Positions 1-12,300 of a stretch of DNA of 64,000 bases are shown one piece after another. How positions within the stretch are numbered: position 1 is the stretch's first letter; each line of letters opens with the position of its first letter. Under the pieces are notes generated by a model. The model saw only the letters and a program-made list of their open reading frames with translations. It searched no databases and was not told the DNA's origin. The DNA lies in the IMG/VR virus record IMGVR_UViG_3300021961_000050, positions 24,225 to 88,224 of that record; one strand, given 5' to 3'. The translations under genes and the position numbers were made by a program. The DNA comes from a virus.

Positions 1-159
1 GATCTATTAGCAAATGACCTTTATGGCGACAGTGCTTTGTGGTGGGTGTTTGCTCAACGTAATCCAAATACTATCCAAGATCCCATCTACGATTTTCGTC
101 CAGGTGTTGTTATCTATGTGCCTAAAAAGGAAAATATAACAGCGGCTCTAGGATTATAA
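1..159 (+). CDS. 3' end of LysM-like baseplate wedge protein (T4 gp53-like), truncated by window edge
   Basis: Frame 1 reads DLLANDLYGDSALWWVFAQRNPNTIQDPIYDFRPGVVIYVP...*, matching the 'D.LA..LYG...LWW....N' gp53/LysM pattern; directly upstream of baseplate genes. Confidence 0.7.
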   Translation, partial: DLLANDLYGDSALWWVFAQRNPNTIQDPIYDFRPGVVIYVPKKENITAALGL

Positions 160-160
160 C

Positions 161-3100
161 ATGGCATCTCAAGAATCAATTGATAAGGCCCAGGCGCTAA
201 GGAAACAAATTGAAACGGCTGAAGCTCGTCGGGCTGAAATTAAAGCCATTACAAATCCTACAGATGCACAACAAAGAGAACTTAGAAGTTTAAATAATCA
301 AATTTCTCATGCACAGTACCAGTTTCGTACAGATAAAGATTTATTAAGCCTAGCAAACGAAAATATGAGTGCAGGTGATAAACTTTCTGTGTTTGGACTT
401 GCATCAGGAACAGTTGGTGGGCTTGATAGTCCAGTGGCCGCTACTGGTTTATTAGAAGCAGGTGTAGCATTACAAAGTGTAGAAGAACAGTTTGAAACAA
501 AAACAGAACCAGAAACATCTAAAGGCAAACCTGACAGTACAGAAACAACAAAACAAAACACAGATGCAGTTGGAGATCCTTTACCAAATCAACTACACCA
601 ATATGCAAGTTATGCCTATTCTCTTAGTTGGCACTTACTCACAGTAGATGAGTATAACAAGGTTGTGGAGACACAAGAGTATGTGGCAAACAAAGTGCTG
701 GTAGCCAGTGCTGGCAGATATAACGATATTAAAACTGGTGATCGTGCATTCAACAGAAGTTCTGTGTTTTCTGATGATTTCTATTTTGAAGGATTAGAAT
801 TTGATACAGTAATTGGCATAACTGAAATGTCAAGATCCACTAATGCCATCAGCCTTGATTTTACTTTAGTTGAACCATACGGAATGACTTTAGTCAACAA
901 AGTAGCAGAAGTATGTTCATCAAGCGAAGTGGGATCAATTGACAACTATACTCATGCACCCTATCTATTACAGATTGATTTTTATGGCATGGACGACACC
1001 GGCAACATTACAGGTATCATTTCTGGAATAACCAAACGAATACCAATCAAATTGGTTAGTATGGGTATAAACATTACCAATAGAGGTAGTGAATATAAGA
1101 TTAAAGCAGTACCATTTAATCATAGTGCTTATGATCTAACATCAGTACAGACACCAGCAAATTTTGAAATTACCGCACAGACAGTGGCAGGTTTTTTTCA
1201 AAGTTCAGAATCTGAAAAAGAATTATTTAAAACTGTTGCTATAGAAGAACGATCAGATAACAATATTGCACGTAGAACATCCAACTCTGACTTTGTTGGT
1301 CCTGATGGACAGATTAACAACAATGTTACAGAATCTTTGTTTGGGGCTGACTCAGCATATCTACTGTTAAAAGATCCAATTTATAAAGTAAAGAGTTACG
1401 GTAGTGCTATCAACAGTTGGAACCAACGATTAACAGAAACAAATAAAATACAATATCCTGATACTTACTTTTTTAAATTTGATAAAACTATTGGAGAATC
1501 AAGCATAACCACTGAAGGTACAACTAGTCCTAAAAATACTAGTATGACCAATCTCAAAAATAAAAAAGAACCAATCAGTATCAGAAGAACTAATATTGGA
1601 GCATCTACTAGAGACTTAGACTATAATGTTACTACAATCTCTATTAATGCTGGTACTACCATTGACATGTTATTAAACTACATAATCAGACACAGTCAAT
1701 ACATTAGAGAGCAAATAGTAATTCCTGAATCCTTTGCTACTACAGATGCGTATATTGCGGCTAAGAAAAAATTTGCTGATTCACCAATGTCCTGGTTTAA
1801 AATAGTACCAACAGTTAAATTAAAAAACTTTGACAAAATCAAACAGGTATGGTCACGTGATATAACCTATCACATTGTTCCATATAAAGTGTATAATACC
1901 AAATTAGATATTATGCCACAGAAAACACAGACCCATCCTGTCAAAGTCTATAACTATCTATACACAGGAAAAAATGACGACATTTTAGATCTAGAATTAA
2001 AATTTGATTTCTTATACTTTACTGCTTTAACTCCATATAGAAGCCATCAGACCACTGTGAATCCTATGGCCCAAGCCACAGAAGAAACAAGGAATACCAA
2101 TCCAGGCGGATACATGCCTCAATACGAGGGAGTAATATCAAATAACCCCAATGCTGTGCAACCTAATGTGATACAGCATCAATATAATTCGCGTGAATCA
2201 GCAACAGGACATCATATCACTGCTAAAGATCAAGCAGTGGCAGATGCGGCCACCAGTCTATTAAGTGGCAGTATGGGAGATATGATACAGGTTAAACTAT
2301 CTATCATTGGTGATCCTGATTACATCAAACAGGATGATGTATTTTATCCACCTAGATATACAGTTGATGAAAAGATTGACAATACAACAGACTTTGACCC
2401 TAGACTAACTGCAAATGGTAGCTTAATAACTGATCATGGTGAACTTTACGTACAAATTTTATTTAGAACACCTACTGACCTTGATGAAAGTACAGGCATG
2501 ATGAAATTTGATAAAAATCAAATTGCTATGTTTTCAGGAATGTATCGTGTGGTCAGAGTCGTTAATAAATTTAGTAGAGGACAGTTTATACAGGATTTAG
2601 AATTGGTTAGAATGCCTAGACAAAGTGCCTATGACTATGTAGTAGGCAATAAACTTCGAGGTAGTGAATCTAAAAAAGAACGTACAGAAGATTTAAACAT
2701 TGACAAAGGTATTGGTGCTGGAGACACCGAGATAGGTGCACCCGACGATTCAACAGCATCTACTGCACCAGGAGATGAAGATGTCCCTACCCAAGCAGAA
2801 CCACCAGCACCGGACGTAACGCCAGATGAACCTGAAACATCTCAAGTAGAGGACTTAAAAGATATTAGAGAAAATGCAGAAGAAGAACCAATAACAAATC
2901 AAAATGAACCAACATCTGAGGTACCACCACCGGAGCCAGTAACTCCAGTTACACTACCAGATGGAGTAACTCAAGATAGGTTTGGCAGTTATCAATATAA
3001 AGGACTTACTGTGCCTGCAGGTGTAGAACCAGGATCTGCTGAATTTAATCGGACTATTACTGCAATTGATAATCAACAAACTATACAGGTTCAAGCGGTT

Positions 3101-3388
3101 AATCCTAGCACCGGGCAGACAGCAACAAGAGAGTTTAATGGTGACTGGAAAGCAAGTAATATATCAAGAGCAGAAAATAATGTTGACTTTGCTGAAAGTG
3201 AGCTCAAACGCTTTGACCAGAAAGTTAACAGTGGGTTCTTTGATCGAGATGGTAAAGGTATAAGTGCCGAGACTCAGGCTAAACTAGATGCCGCCCGAGA
3301 AAGATATGTGGCTGATGTTGCGGCGGCTAAATCCACATTATCACAAGCCCAGCAGGGTGATGTTGTTCTTACTCCAAATTCACGATAG
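161..3388 (+). CDS. Putative baseplate hub / tail protein (gp27-like fold, extended acidic C-terminus)
   Basis: 1075-aa ORF between gp53-like and gp5-like genes; 'LSIIGDP' and 'FSGMYRVVRVVNKFSRGQFIQDLEL' resemble the hub C-terminal motif. Confidence 0.55.
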   Translation: MASQESIDKAQALRKQIETAEARRAEIKAITNPTDAQQRELRSLNNQISHAQYQFRTDKDLLSLANENMSAGDKLSVFGLASGTVGGLDSPVAATGLLEAGVALQSVEEQFETKTEPETSKGKPDSTETTKQNTDAVGDPLPNQLHQYASYAYSLSWHLLTVDEYNKVVETQEYVANKVLVASAGRYNDIKTGDRAFNRSSVFSDDFYFEGLEFDTVIGITEMSRSTNAISLDFTLVEPYGMTLVNKVAEVCSSSEVGSIDNYTHAPYLLQIDFYGMDDTGNITGIISGITKRIPIKLVSMGINITNRGSEYKIKAVPFNHSAYDLTSVQTPANFEITAQTVAGFFQSSESEKELFKTVAIEERSDNNIARRTSNSDFVGPDGQINNNVTESLFGADSAYLLLKDPIYKVKSYGSAINSWNQRLTETNKIQYPDTYFFKFDKTIGESSITTEGTTSPKNTSMTNLKNKKEPISIRRTNIGASTRDLDYNVTTISINAGTTIDMLLNYIIRHSQYIREQIVIPESFATTDAYIAAKKKFADSPMSWFKIVPTVKLKNFDKIKQVWSRDITYHIVPYKVYNTKLDIMPQKTQTHPVKVYNYLYTGKNDDILDLELKFDFLYFTALTPYRSHQTTVNPMAQATEETRNTNPGGYMPQYEGVISNNPNAVQPNVIQHQYNSRESATGHHITAKDQAVADAATSLLSGSMGDMIQVKLSIIGDPDYIKQDDVFYPPRYTVDEKIDNTTDFDPRLTANGSLITDHGELYVQILFRTPTDLDESTGMMKFDKNQIAMFSGMYRVVRVVNKFSRGQFIQDLELVRMPRQSAYDYVVGNKLRGSESKKERTEDLNIDKGIGAGDTEIGAPDDSTASTAPGDEDVPTQAEPPAPDVTPDEPETSQVEDLKDIRENAEEEPITNQNEPTSEVPPPEPVTPVTLPDGVTQDRFGSYQYKGLTVPAGVEPGSAEFNRTITAIDNQQTIQVQAVNPSTGQTATREFNGDWKASNISRAENNVDFAESELKRFDQKVNSGFFDRDGKGISAETQAKLDAARERYVADVAAAKSTLSQAQQGDVVLTPNSR

Positions 3389-3398
3389 GAAATAATAA

Positions 3399-5555
3399 AT
3401 GGCAATCAATCATAGATTAGGTACAAAAGTTAGTAAAAATCTTCGTCGTGAAGAAGCGTCTGCTACACGAATTGAACCATATCCGTACATAGGTATAGTT
3501 AAAAATAATCTTGATCCTTCACGTAGTGGCAGACTACAGGTATGGATTCCTGACCTAGGTGGTGATCCGCAAGATGCTCAAAACTGGCGTACTGTAAGTT
3601 ATGCTAGTCCATTTATGGGTACAACCACACATCCTATTAAGAATAATACTATTCCTAGTAAGTCTAATAAATTTGATACTGTAAGCCATACCTATGGCAT
3701 GTGGATGATACCTCCTGATCTTGACGTTGAAGTCATTGTAATATTTGTAGCAGGTGATCCTACTAGAGGGTATTGGATTGGTTGCGTTAATTCAAATGTT
3801 AGTAAACATATGACTCCCGGGGTTGCCGGCAGTACCAAATATGATATTTCTAATTCTTCGCCTGAAACACAAAAAGCAATTACAGCTCTAGAGCGGGCTA
3901 ATATACAACCACAACCTCCAGTGGTTGAGTTTAATGAGTACAACGAAAACGCATTTAAAAGCCAAGCATTTTATAATAATAAAAAACCCGTACACGAATA
4001 CCAATTTAAAAAATTAAGAGAGCAAGGTCTTGATTGTGATCCTTATAGAGGGGCAACTACCAGCAGTAGTCAACGTGAAACTCCTAGTAATGTTTTTGGT
4101 ATATCAACACCTGGAAGACCCTACAATGATCCTGCAGATGACACAGAATTAGTACAAAAGATTTTAGACGGTAAACTTAACGAAGACTTCTATAGATTTA
4201 ACACTAAAAAAGGCGGACATGTCTTTGTAATGGATGATGGGTCAATAACTGGTGCTGATCAAATGATTAGACTACGCACAGCCAATGGTCATCAAATAAC
4301 CATGCACGACTCAGCAGACATGTTGTATATTGCTCATGGCAGTGGTAACAGTTGGTTAGAAATGACCAGTAGTGGTAGTGTCAATGTTTACAGTAAAGGT
4401 AGCCTAAACATTAGATCTGAAACTAATATAAATCTACAGGCAGATAATAATGTCAACATTGAAGCAAAGAATAAAATAAACATCAGATCAACAAACAAAA
4501 CTCAGATGGATCTTGGAAGTTTTACTATGATAACAGCAGGAGCAATTAATCTTGCATCTAATGGTATAACCAATATCAAAAGCCAACAAGGATTCAACGT
4601 TGATGCTACAGGAGCAATATCTGTTCTAGCAGGTGGCAAACTAGCATTAACAGGTAGTCAAATTTTAGAAAACAGTGGCGGTGAAAAGAAACTTAAAATG
4701 CCTAAACAACTTGTGACTAATAAATTTCCTGATGTAGGTCTGAACAAAGATGTTGGACTATATGTGTCAACTCCTAACAGTTTTGACAGTGTGGTCACTG
4801 CGGCTCCTACACACGAACCATATGGTAGATTCCAACCTACTTGGTCACCAATTGACGCAGGTCGATTTGATGTTTCTGCTTATGCTACTAAAGAGAATTT
4901 AGATAAAACTGTACAGAAATTACCATCAGGTGAGTACACTGGATCAGTTGATGCTGTTAAAGATGCTAAAGGCACAGAAGTTAAAAATGCCGCAGGTGAT
5001 AAACAATTAAGAGTTCAACCTACGTCTAATCAAACATTAGGTCCATTAGAACCTGATGACATGACAGCCTACTACACACAGTTAGGACAGAGTGAAAGCA
5101 GTGGGGACTACACATCAACCAATGAGCTAGGCTATGTTGGTAAGTACCAAATGGGCCATAGTGCTCTAATAGACGCTGGACTAGTAAAATCATCAGTGAC
5201 CAGTAATGCTGATCTTAATAATCCAAATAATTGGTTAGGAAAAGATGGACAACCTGCTAGCCTAAATGAGTTTTTAAATACTCCACAAGCACAGGAAGAT
5301 GCTGTAAAACTTTACACACAGAAAAACTATAATACCTTGTTAAATAATGGTGGAATTACTAAAGAAATGTCAAAAGAAGAGATTGGCGGCATGCTTAGTA
5401 CTGCACACCTATTAGGTGCAACTGGTGCTAAAGATTGGCGTAATACAGGAGCAGGTGCAGATGCTAACGGAACTACAGGCACAGACTACTTCCAACGAGG
5501 TAAGTATGCTGTTAGTGTGTTAGGTCCTAAAGTGCCACAAATTAACGCTGGATAA
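3399..5555 (+). CDS. gp5: Baseplate central spike (gp5-like) with C-terminal lysozyme/lytic transglycosylase-like domain
   Basis: N-terminal OB-fold motif 'GIVKNNLDPSRSGRLQVWIP...EVIVIFVAGD...YWIG', beta-helix repeats in the middle, C-terminal 'QSESSGDY...GYVGKYQMG' muramidase-like motif. Confidence 0.8.
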   Translation: MAINHRLGTKVSKNLRREEASATRIEPYPYIGIVKNNLDPSRSGRLQVWIPDLGGDPQDAQNWRTVSYASPFMGTTTHPIKNNTIPSKSNKFDTVSHTYGMWMIPPDLDVEVIVIFVAGDPTRGYWIGCVNSNVSKHMTPGVAGSTKYDISNSSPETQKAITALERANIQPQPPVVEFNEYNENAFKSQAFYNNKKPVHEYQFKKLREQGLDCDPYRGATTSSSQRETPSNVFGISTPGRPYNDPADDTELVQKILDGKLNEDFYRFNTKKGGHVFVMDDGSITGADQMIRLRTANGHQITMHDSADMLYIAHGSGNSWLEMTSSGSVNVYSKGSLNIRSETNINLQADNNVNIEAKNKINIRSTNKTQMDLGSFTMITAGAINLASNGITNIKSQQGFNVDATGAISVLAGGKLALTGSQILENSGGEKKLKMPKQLVTNKFPDVGLNKDVGLYVSTPNSFDSVVTAAPTHEPYGRFQPTWSPIDAGRFDVSAYATKENLDKTVQKLPSGEYTGSVDAVKDAKGTEVKNAAGDKQLRVQPTSNQTLGPLEPDDMTAYYTQLGQSESSGDYTSTNELGYVGKYQMGHSALIDAGLVKSSVTSNADLNNPNNWLGKDGQPASLNEFLNTPQAQEDAVKLYTQKNYNTLLNNGGITKEMSKEEIGGMLSTAHLLGATGAKDWRNTGAGADANGTTGTDYFQRGKYAVSVLGPKVPQINAG

Positions 5556-5558
5556 ATA
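5551..5558 (+). promoter_or_regulatory. T4-like late promoter (GATAAATA)
   Basis: Near match to TATAAATA, 5 nt before the ATG at 5564. Confidence 0.55.
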
Positions 5559-5563
5559 TTATT

Positions 5564-5941
5564 ATGGCTACAATGTATAAAGGATTTAGTACAGTTGGTA
5601 GAAACAAGAAGTTTCGTTTAACTGACTTTGAACTAGTAAAACAGGATCTTGTTAATCACTTTCATATCCGTAAAGGTGAGAAGTTAATGAATCCTAACTT
5701 TGGCACGATCATATGGAACGTGCTACATGAGCCACTAACAGAAGATCTTAAAAGCGTAATTACTACAGATATCAAAGATATTGCTAATTATGACCCTAGA
5801 GTATCTGTTGACAAGGTCATTGTTACAGAATATGATCAAGGCATACAAATAGAATTAGAACTTAGATATCTTCAAACTGATCAAACTAATTTAATGAATC
5901 TAAGATTTGATCGTCAAACAGAAAATCTTATAGCAAATTAA
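5564..5941 (+). CDS. gp25: Baseplate wedge subunit (gp25/GPW family)
   Basis: 'DLVNHFHIRKGEKLMNPNFGT...EPL...YDPRV' gp25 signature; synteny gp5-gp25-gp6. Confidence 0.9.
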   Translation: MATMYKGFSTVGRNKKFRLTDFELVKQDLVNHFHIRKGEKLMNPNFGTIIWNVLHEPLTEDLKSVITTDIKDIANYDPRVSVDKVIVTEYDQGIQIELELRYLQTDQTNLMNLRFDRQTENLIAN

Positions 5942-5960
5942 ATACGCACTTTTTTCCTTG

Positions 5961-5968
5961 AATAAATA
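5961..5968 (+). promoter_or_regulatory. T4-like late promoter (AATAAATA)
   Basis: ATAAATA core in the intergenic gap upstream of gp6. Confidence 0.45.
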
Positions 5969-5989
5969 TAGTATAACAGGAAAATAAGT

Positions 5990-8900
5990 ATGGCTATAAC
6001 TACAAGACAAACAAGTTTATTAGTTGCTGAAGACTGGACCAAAGTCTATCAAACTTTTCGTAATGCTGACTTTAAGAGTTATGACTATGAAACTCTAAGA
6101 AAGTCAATGGTTGATTATCTCAGGTTGTATTATCCTGAGGATTTCAATGACTTCATTGAATCAAGTGAATTTGTTGCATTGATTGACCTATTATCATTCT
6201 TAGGTCAAAGTTTGGCATTTAGAACTGATCTTAATTCACGTGAAAACTTTATTGACACAGCACAACGTCGTGACAGTATCTTAAAACTAGCAAGACTGAT
6301 CAGTTACAACCCTAAAAGAAATATACCAGCATCAGGTCTACTCAAATTTGACTCTGTGAGTACTACTGAAACAGTGTTTGACAGTACAGGATTAAATCTT
6401 GCTGGTTTAGTAGTTAATTGGGCTGATTCAGCCAACGACAATTGGCAAGAACAGTTTACTGCTATTATCAACGCTAGTCTTAATACTAATCAGGTTATTG
6501 GTAAACCAAGTAACACACAATTAATCAATGGTGTTACTAATGCTGAATATCAGGTTAATCTAATCCCTAATGTGATTGGTACTTATAGTTTTCAACCAAA
6601 CATTGAAAACGTGCCTATTACCTTTGAAGCAATAAGCCCTACTAGTTCAAATAGAACCTATATCTATGAAGCAGATCCAAGACCAAATAGATCATTTAAT
6701 CTTTTATATAAAAATGATAATCTTGGCAACAGCAGTAATAACACAGGTTTCTTTTTATATTTTAAACAAGGCGAACTTAAGAGTGTTGATTTAAATTTTA
6801 CTGAAAGTATTCCTAACAGAGTTTATAGTATCAATGTTGACAATATTAATAATAGTGACGTATGGTTATACAGTCTTGATTCATTGGGCAACGAAAGCAC
6901 ATTATGGGAACAGGTTCCTGCTGTTGGTGTTACCAATGTAATCTATAACAAAGGTACTAATAGAACAGTCTATCAGATCAATACCAGAGCCAACGATCAA
7001 ATTGATCTAGTATTTGGCGATGGTGCATTCGCCACAGTTCCTCAAGGACGGTATAGACTCTATTATAGAGTAAGTAATGGCCAACAGTACAAGATTACAC
7101 CCGATGAGATGCAATCTATAACTGTTCCTATTAATTATGTTAGTAAGACAGGTAGAATTGAAACATTAAATATAACTGCTAGTTTGCAATACACAGTGGC
7201 CAATGCGGCAACTAGAGAAACTATTGAGGATATTAGACAGAAAGCACCTCAACAATATTACACACAAGATCGTATGGTATCAGGTGAAGATTATAATATT
7301 CTGCCTTATACCTTGTTCAGCAACATACTTAAAGTTAAAGCAATTAACAGAACAAGTTCAGGTGTAAGTCGCTATCTGGACGTTATTGATACCACAGGTA
7401 AGTATTCTAGTACCAACGTGTTTGCCCAGGATGGTATGCTCTATCGCAATCCTACGATAACAACATTCAGTTTTGAATATAATACTAGAAATGATATCTA
7501 TAGAGTAATATTCAATCAAGTAAAACCAATTGTAGCAAAACAACAAACATTACAATTTTTCTATGCTTATTATCCTTTACTAGCAGTCAGTGACGGTTAC
7601 TGGCATAAATCAACAACCATTGCCAATGGTTGTACAGGATTTTTCGTCAACAGTCTTGATAGACCAATTCAGATAGGTGAAGGTGTAAGTAGTAACTATG
7701 GTTACATACTACCAAGAGCTATTGTTAAATTTTCTGCTGGTAGTGGTAATTACTTTGATTCTAAAAATAGAATACAATCAGGTACTCCGTCAAAAGATGG
7801 AGACAAGTATTATATCTATGCGGCAGTACAAGATCTTGTAGGCGACGGAACCAATGGAGGACTAGGAAATCTAAGTAATGGCTCAGGACCTGTAACCATT
7901 AACCAAAACGTTCCTGAAGGTGCTGTAGCACAGGAAGTGTTTGCTGTGTTTAACAATGAGTTTCCTACAGATTTAATCATTGAAATGATCAACTATATTG
8001 AAGCTTTCCAAGACTTTGGTCTAAGATATAACATGGAAACTTCAGCTTGGACTATCATTTATCCTGAAAATTTAAGTACAGCAGAGTTTAGCCTAACAAA
8101 TGCTGGCAACACCAGTGGCAATGGTCTAGACAGTAGTTGGACTATTATCTTCCAAACAGTAGAACAGACCTATAATGTGACTAGTAGAGGTCTTGAATAC
8201 ATATTTGAAAGTGTGAGAGAAACTAATTTTTATTTTGATAATGATGTTAAAATTTATGACCCAAAGACAGGATTAACAATTAGTGATCAGGTTAAAATTC
8301 TTAAAATCAATACGAAACCAGACGATATAGAAGCATTAGCTTTGGACTATCCATGGTTTATCTATGATAAGATCACTGAAGTTGATGGTTATGAGAATCC
8401 TAATAGAATTCAAGTAACATTCCCTGATACTGATAACGATGGTATTCCAGACAATCCAGAATTATTTGAACTCATAGTAGCACCTGATGTAAATTCACAA
8501 AACAAATATGTGTTTTTTGAAAATGTAGTTGGCTATGATAATTTTATCAACGAACAACCATATGACAATAACAGTGTGGTTACTGAGTATTCGTCATTGA
8601 GAGACATACAATCATCTGCTACATTATATACAGATGGTCAGATATTTTATGTACCAGATGATGACATATTTTATAAATTAACAGTCAATGGCGCAGTATA
8701 CACACTAACAGAACAAACAGAGTTTACAGCCAAAATTGGTCGTCAGGATATCTATTTTCAATATCGTCATAACTCCCCAAACTACAGACGTATTGATCCA
8801 AGTCCAAACAACATTATTGATCTTTACATATTAACCAAACAGTATGCTGACGATTATATTGCTTGGATACAGGATACATCAAATACTGTTAGTGAGCCAC

Positions 8901-9370
8901 AAATTCCAACAGGTGACGAATTAGAATTAGAGTTTAGTAAATTAGAAAAATATAAGAGTGTAAGTGACACAGTGATCTATAACCCTGCAAAATTTAAACC
9001 TATATTTGGTGCAGAAGCAGATCCTAGTCTTCAGGCAGTGTTTAAAGTTGTTAAGAATGCTAGTGTGGTGGTTAGTGACAATGATGTTAAGACTTCTGTG
9101 ATTGCGGCTATCAACAGTTATTTTGATATTGCCAATTGGGACTTTGGAGAAACATTTTATTTCAGTGAACTTAGTGCATACCTCCATAGTGTTCTAGCAC
9201 CAAACATAGCCAGTGTGATTATTGTACCGTCAAGTCAGTCTAGCAACTTTGGTAGTTTGATGCAGATCAATGCTGAATATAATGAAATCATTGTTAGTTC
9301 TGCAACAGTAGACAATGTACAAGTAATTGCGGCTATTACAGCGGCACAACTTAATCAAATATCTTTATAA
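5990..9370 (+). CDS. gp6: Baseplate wedge subunit (gp6-like)
   Basis: 'DFNDFIESSE...LIDLLSF...ENFIDTAQRRDSILKLARLISYNP', 'FGDG', 'ETIEDIRQKAP...QDRMVSGEDY' are gp6/baseplate-J motifs. Confidence 0.85.
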   Translation: MAITTRQTSLLVAEDWTKVYQTFRNADFKSYDYETLRKSMVDYLRLYYPEDFNDFIESSEFVALIDLLSFLGQSLAFRTDLNSRENFIDTAQRRDSILKLARLISYNPKRNIPASGLLKFDSVSTTETVFDSTGLNLAGLVVNWADSANDNWQEQFTAIINASLNTNQVIGKPSNTQLINGVTNAEYQVNLIPNVIGTYSFQPNIENVPITFEAISPTSSNRTYIYEADPRPNRSFNLLYKNDNLGNSSNNTGFFLYFKQGELKSVDLNFTESIPNRVYSINVDNINNSDVWLYSLDSLGNESTLWEQVPAVGVTNVIYNKGTNRTVYQINTRANDQIDLVFGDGAFATVPQGRYRLYYRVSNGQQYKITPDEMQSITVPINYVSKTGRIETLNITASLQYTVANAATRETIEDIRQKAPQQYYTQDRMVSGEDYNILPYTLFSNILKVKAINRTSSGVSRYLDVIDTTGKYSSTNVFAQDGMLYRNPTITTFSFEYNTRNDIYRVIFNQVKPIVAKQQTLQFFYAYYPLLAVSDGYWHKSTTIANGCTGFFVNSLDRPIQIGEGVSSNYGYILPRAIVKFSAGSGNYFDSKNRIQSGTPSKDGDKYYIYAAVQDLVGDGTNGGLGNLSNGSGPVTINQNVPEGAVAQEVFAVFNNEFPTDLIIEMINYIEAFQDFGLRYNMETSAWTIIYPENLSTAEFSLTNAGNTSGNGLDSSWTIIFQTVEQTYNVTSRGLEYIFESVRETNFYFDNDVKIYDPKTGLTISDQVKILKINTKPDDIEALALDYPWFIYDKITEVDGYENPNRIQVTFPDTDNDGIPDNPELFELIVAPDVNSQNKYVFFENVVGYDNFINEQPYDNNSVVTEYSSLRDIQSSATLYTDGQIFYVPDDDIFYKLTVNGAVYTLTEQTEFTAKIGRQDIYFQYRHNSPNYRRIDPSPNNIIDLYILTKQYADDYIAWIQDTSNTVSEPQIPTGDELELEFSKLEKYKSVSDTVIYNPAKFKPIFGAEADPSLQAVFKVVKNASVVVSDNDVKTSVIAAINSYFDIANWDFGETFYFSELSAYLHSVLAPNIASVIIVPSSQSSNFGSLMQINAEYNEIIVSSATVDNVQVIAAITAAQLNQISL

Positions 9371-9387
9371 TGGATAGGTAAACATCA

Positions 9388-12300
9388 ATGGCCGTAAGAA
9401 AGACTCTTAATTTATTACCAGGTATATTCCGTACTGATACAAATGAAAAATTTTTATCAGCAACCATTGATCAATTGGTTTCAGAACCAAATCTTACCAG
9501 AGTACACGGGTACATTGGAAGAAAGTTTGCTCCTACATATAAGAAAGGTGATAGTTACGTTACAGAGTCAAGTTTTAACAGACAAAACTATCAACTTGAA
9601 CCTAGTATAGTTGTTAAAGACAAAGAAGATAATGTTGAATTTTTTAGCAGTTATATTGATCTAATTAATCAGATCAAATATTATGGTGGTATTACAAACA
9701 ATCATAACAGACTGTTTGACAACGAATATTATACATTTGATCCACACATTTCTCTTGATAAACTAATTAATTTTACTCAGTACTATTGGTTGCCTAATGG
9801 CCCAGATCCAGTCAACGTAAGTACTGAAGGTGTTGACCTTACTAAAACATTCACCGTGACTAGAGATGCTAGTACCAATCAATACATTTTTGATGACAAC
9901 GGCACAATTACTAATAACATTACACTAGCACGTGGTGGTAGTTATGAATTTGTTTTAGATCAAACAGGTAATCCTTTTTGGATACAAACAGAATTAGGAG
10001 TTGATGGTAAATTAAATTCTACTCCAACTATTAGTTCTAGATCTGTGTTAGGCGTCACCAACAATGGTGCTGATTCAGGAACAGTGACATTTAATGTTCC
10101 ACAGTCTAATGCACAAGATAGATTTATTAAAATGGCATCAGTTTACAATGTAGACTATGCTACTCCATTGGCCTACTCAGAATTACACAATCGTTACCTA
10201 TCATCATTCTTAGAAGAATATCCACAATACGCTGGCATTACTGGCAATCTAGATGGAAAAACTTTAATTTTTATTGATGTAGAAACATTAATCAACCTTG
10301 GTGAACCTGCGTGGACTGCACCAACTGTAATAAATCCTGATGGTAATCCAGAACCAACCTTAGATGCAGGTGTAATAGTTCCAGATGCAGATCGTTACGG
10401 TGTGTGGAAAGTTGTATTTTCTTCTGGTGGTATTAATGATCCAATAATTAGATTAGTACCAGTACAATCAGTTGATATTAACGAAAAAGTTTTTATTAGA
10501 TATGGTGTACTCAATGCTAATAAAGAATATTACAAAGATTACGATGGTTTCTTTCATGAAGTGCCATTACTTTCTAGTACAAAAAATACGTTGTACATAC
10601 AAGATGAAAATGACACTGAAATTTATAAATCAATTAAAATTGTTGAACCAACAGGTTGGTCAATTGATGTTGACAATGACATCTTAGGAAAGAAAACATA
10701 CACCAGTCCAAATGGTATTGTGTTTACCAGTGGTCTTAAAATTAGATTTGGTACTGATGTTACTCCTAGTACCTATGCTGACAAAGAATATTATGTTGAA
10801 AACGTTGGTGATAGTATTAGATTAGTTGATGTTGAACTAATGGTCACTCCGGAGACTTATTTAGATGAGTTAGCTTTAAATTATCCTGATGAAATATTTC
10901 CTGACTATATTACTATTGTACGTGGTAGTATTGATCTTAATGCTTGGTCAAGAAACAATCGCTGGTTCCATCAGGACATTATTATAGCCACAGCAGGATA
11001 TAATAACACACCTATTGAATTAGATCAAAATGCTCGTGCTAAGAGACCTATTGTACAGTTTGAATCAAACCTAAAATTATTAAATTATGGTACCATTGGT
11101 AAAAGACAGATCAATATATTAGATACTACTACTGCTGACGCATTTAACGAGTTAGAAGGTAAAACATATACCATAGCAGTTGGTACAGAGTTATTTGACG
11201 GCATGCGTATTCTATTTGCCGCTGATAATGACCCATTGGTAAGAGATAAGATTTATGTTATTAATTTAGTACAATATGAAGCAGACCCAGTTACTGGATT
11301 GCCTACTGGCGATTATCATATTAAATTAACTATTGCTGATGATGGTGATGCTGATGTCAATGACAGTGTAGTAGTCACAGATGGTCCATATAAAGGATCC
11401 CAATGGTGGTATGACGGTAACCAATGGTATGAAGCACAACAAAAAACAGGATTGAATCAAGCACCATTGTTTGATGTATTTGATTTAAATGACAATAGCC
11501 TAACAACATATTCACGATCAACTTTTGCAGGTAGTAAGATATTTGGCTATAAAGTTAATACTGCTAACACTGCTGACCCAATACTTGGGTTTGGATTAAG
11601 TTATAGATCCTTTACCACTCAAGGTGACATTGAATTTACTAACTTCTTCGATACTGATACGTTTGAGTATACCAATGGACAAGATGTTATCGTAGATTCT
11701 ATAGCTCAAGGATTCTTACATAAAATTACAGGTAGAGAAACATACTTAATAAAAAATGTTTGGCAAACTGTAGTTGAACCAAGCAAACAATACCAATTAA
11801 TTGAATTTACCTATGATGAATACAACTATCCTTTTGTATTAGATATTACTCCACGTGCCGAACAAACAACCCCAAATGTTAAAGTTTTTTTAAATAATCA
11901 ATTATTAAAATCAACACAGTGGACTTTAAGTTCTAATAGAGAGTTGACTTTAACACCAACACTCAATGCTGGTGATAAAATTATAGTAGCTGTCTTTAGT
12001 GATCAGGTTAGTAAATTAGGGCACTATGAAGTTCCTAGCAATCTAAACCTAAATGCACAAAATATTGATCTAGACACATTAACGTTAGGTCAAATGAGAA
12101 ACCACTTAGTGGCTTTGAGTGAAAATAGTAAAGAATTAGATGGCAATGTACTTGGTGCAAGTAATCTTAGAGATATAGAACTAAAAGCACAAGGTGGTAA
12201 TATTCTTCAACACAGTGCCCCTGTGCCATATTCAGCATTGTTCTTGCTAGATAAAGAAGCAAATTTTGTTAACAGTGTCAGACTAGCACAACAAGAATAT

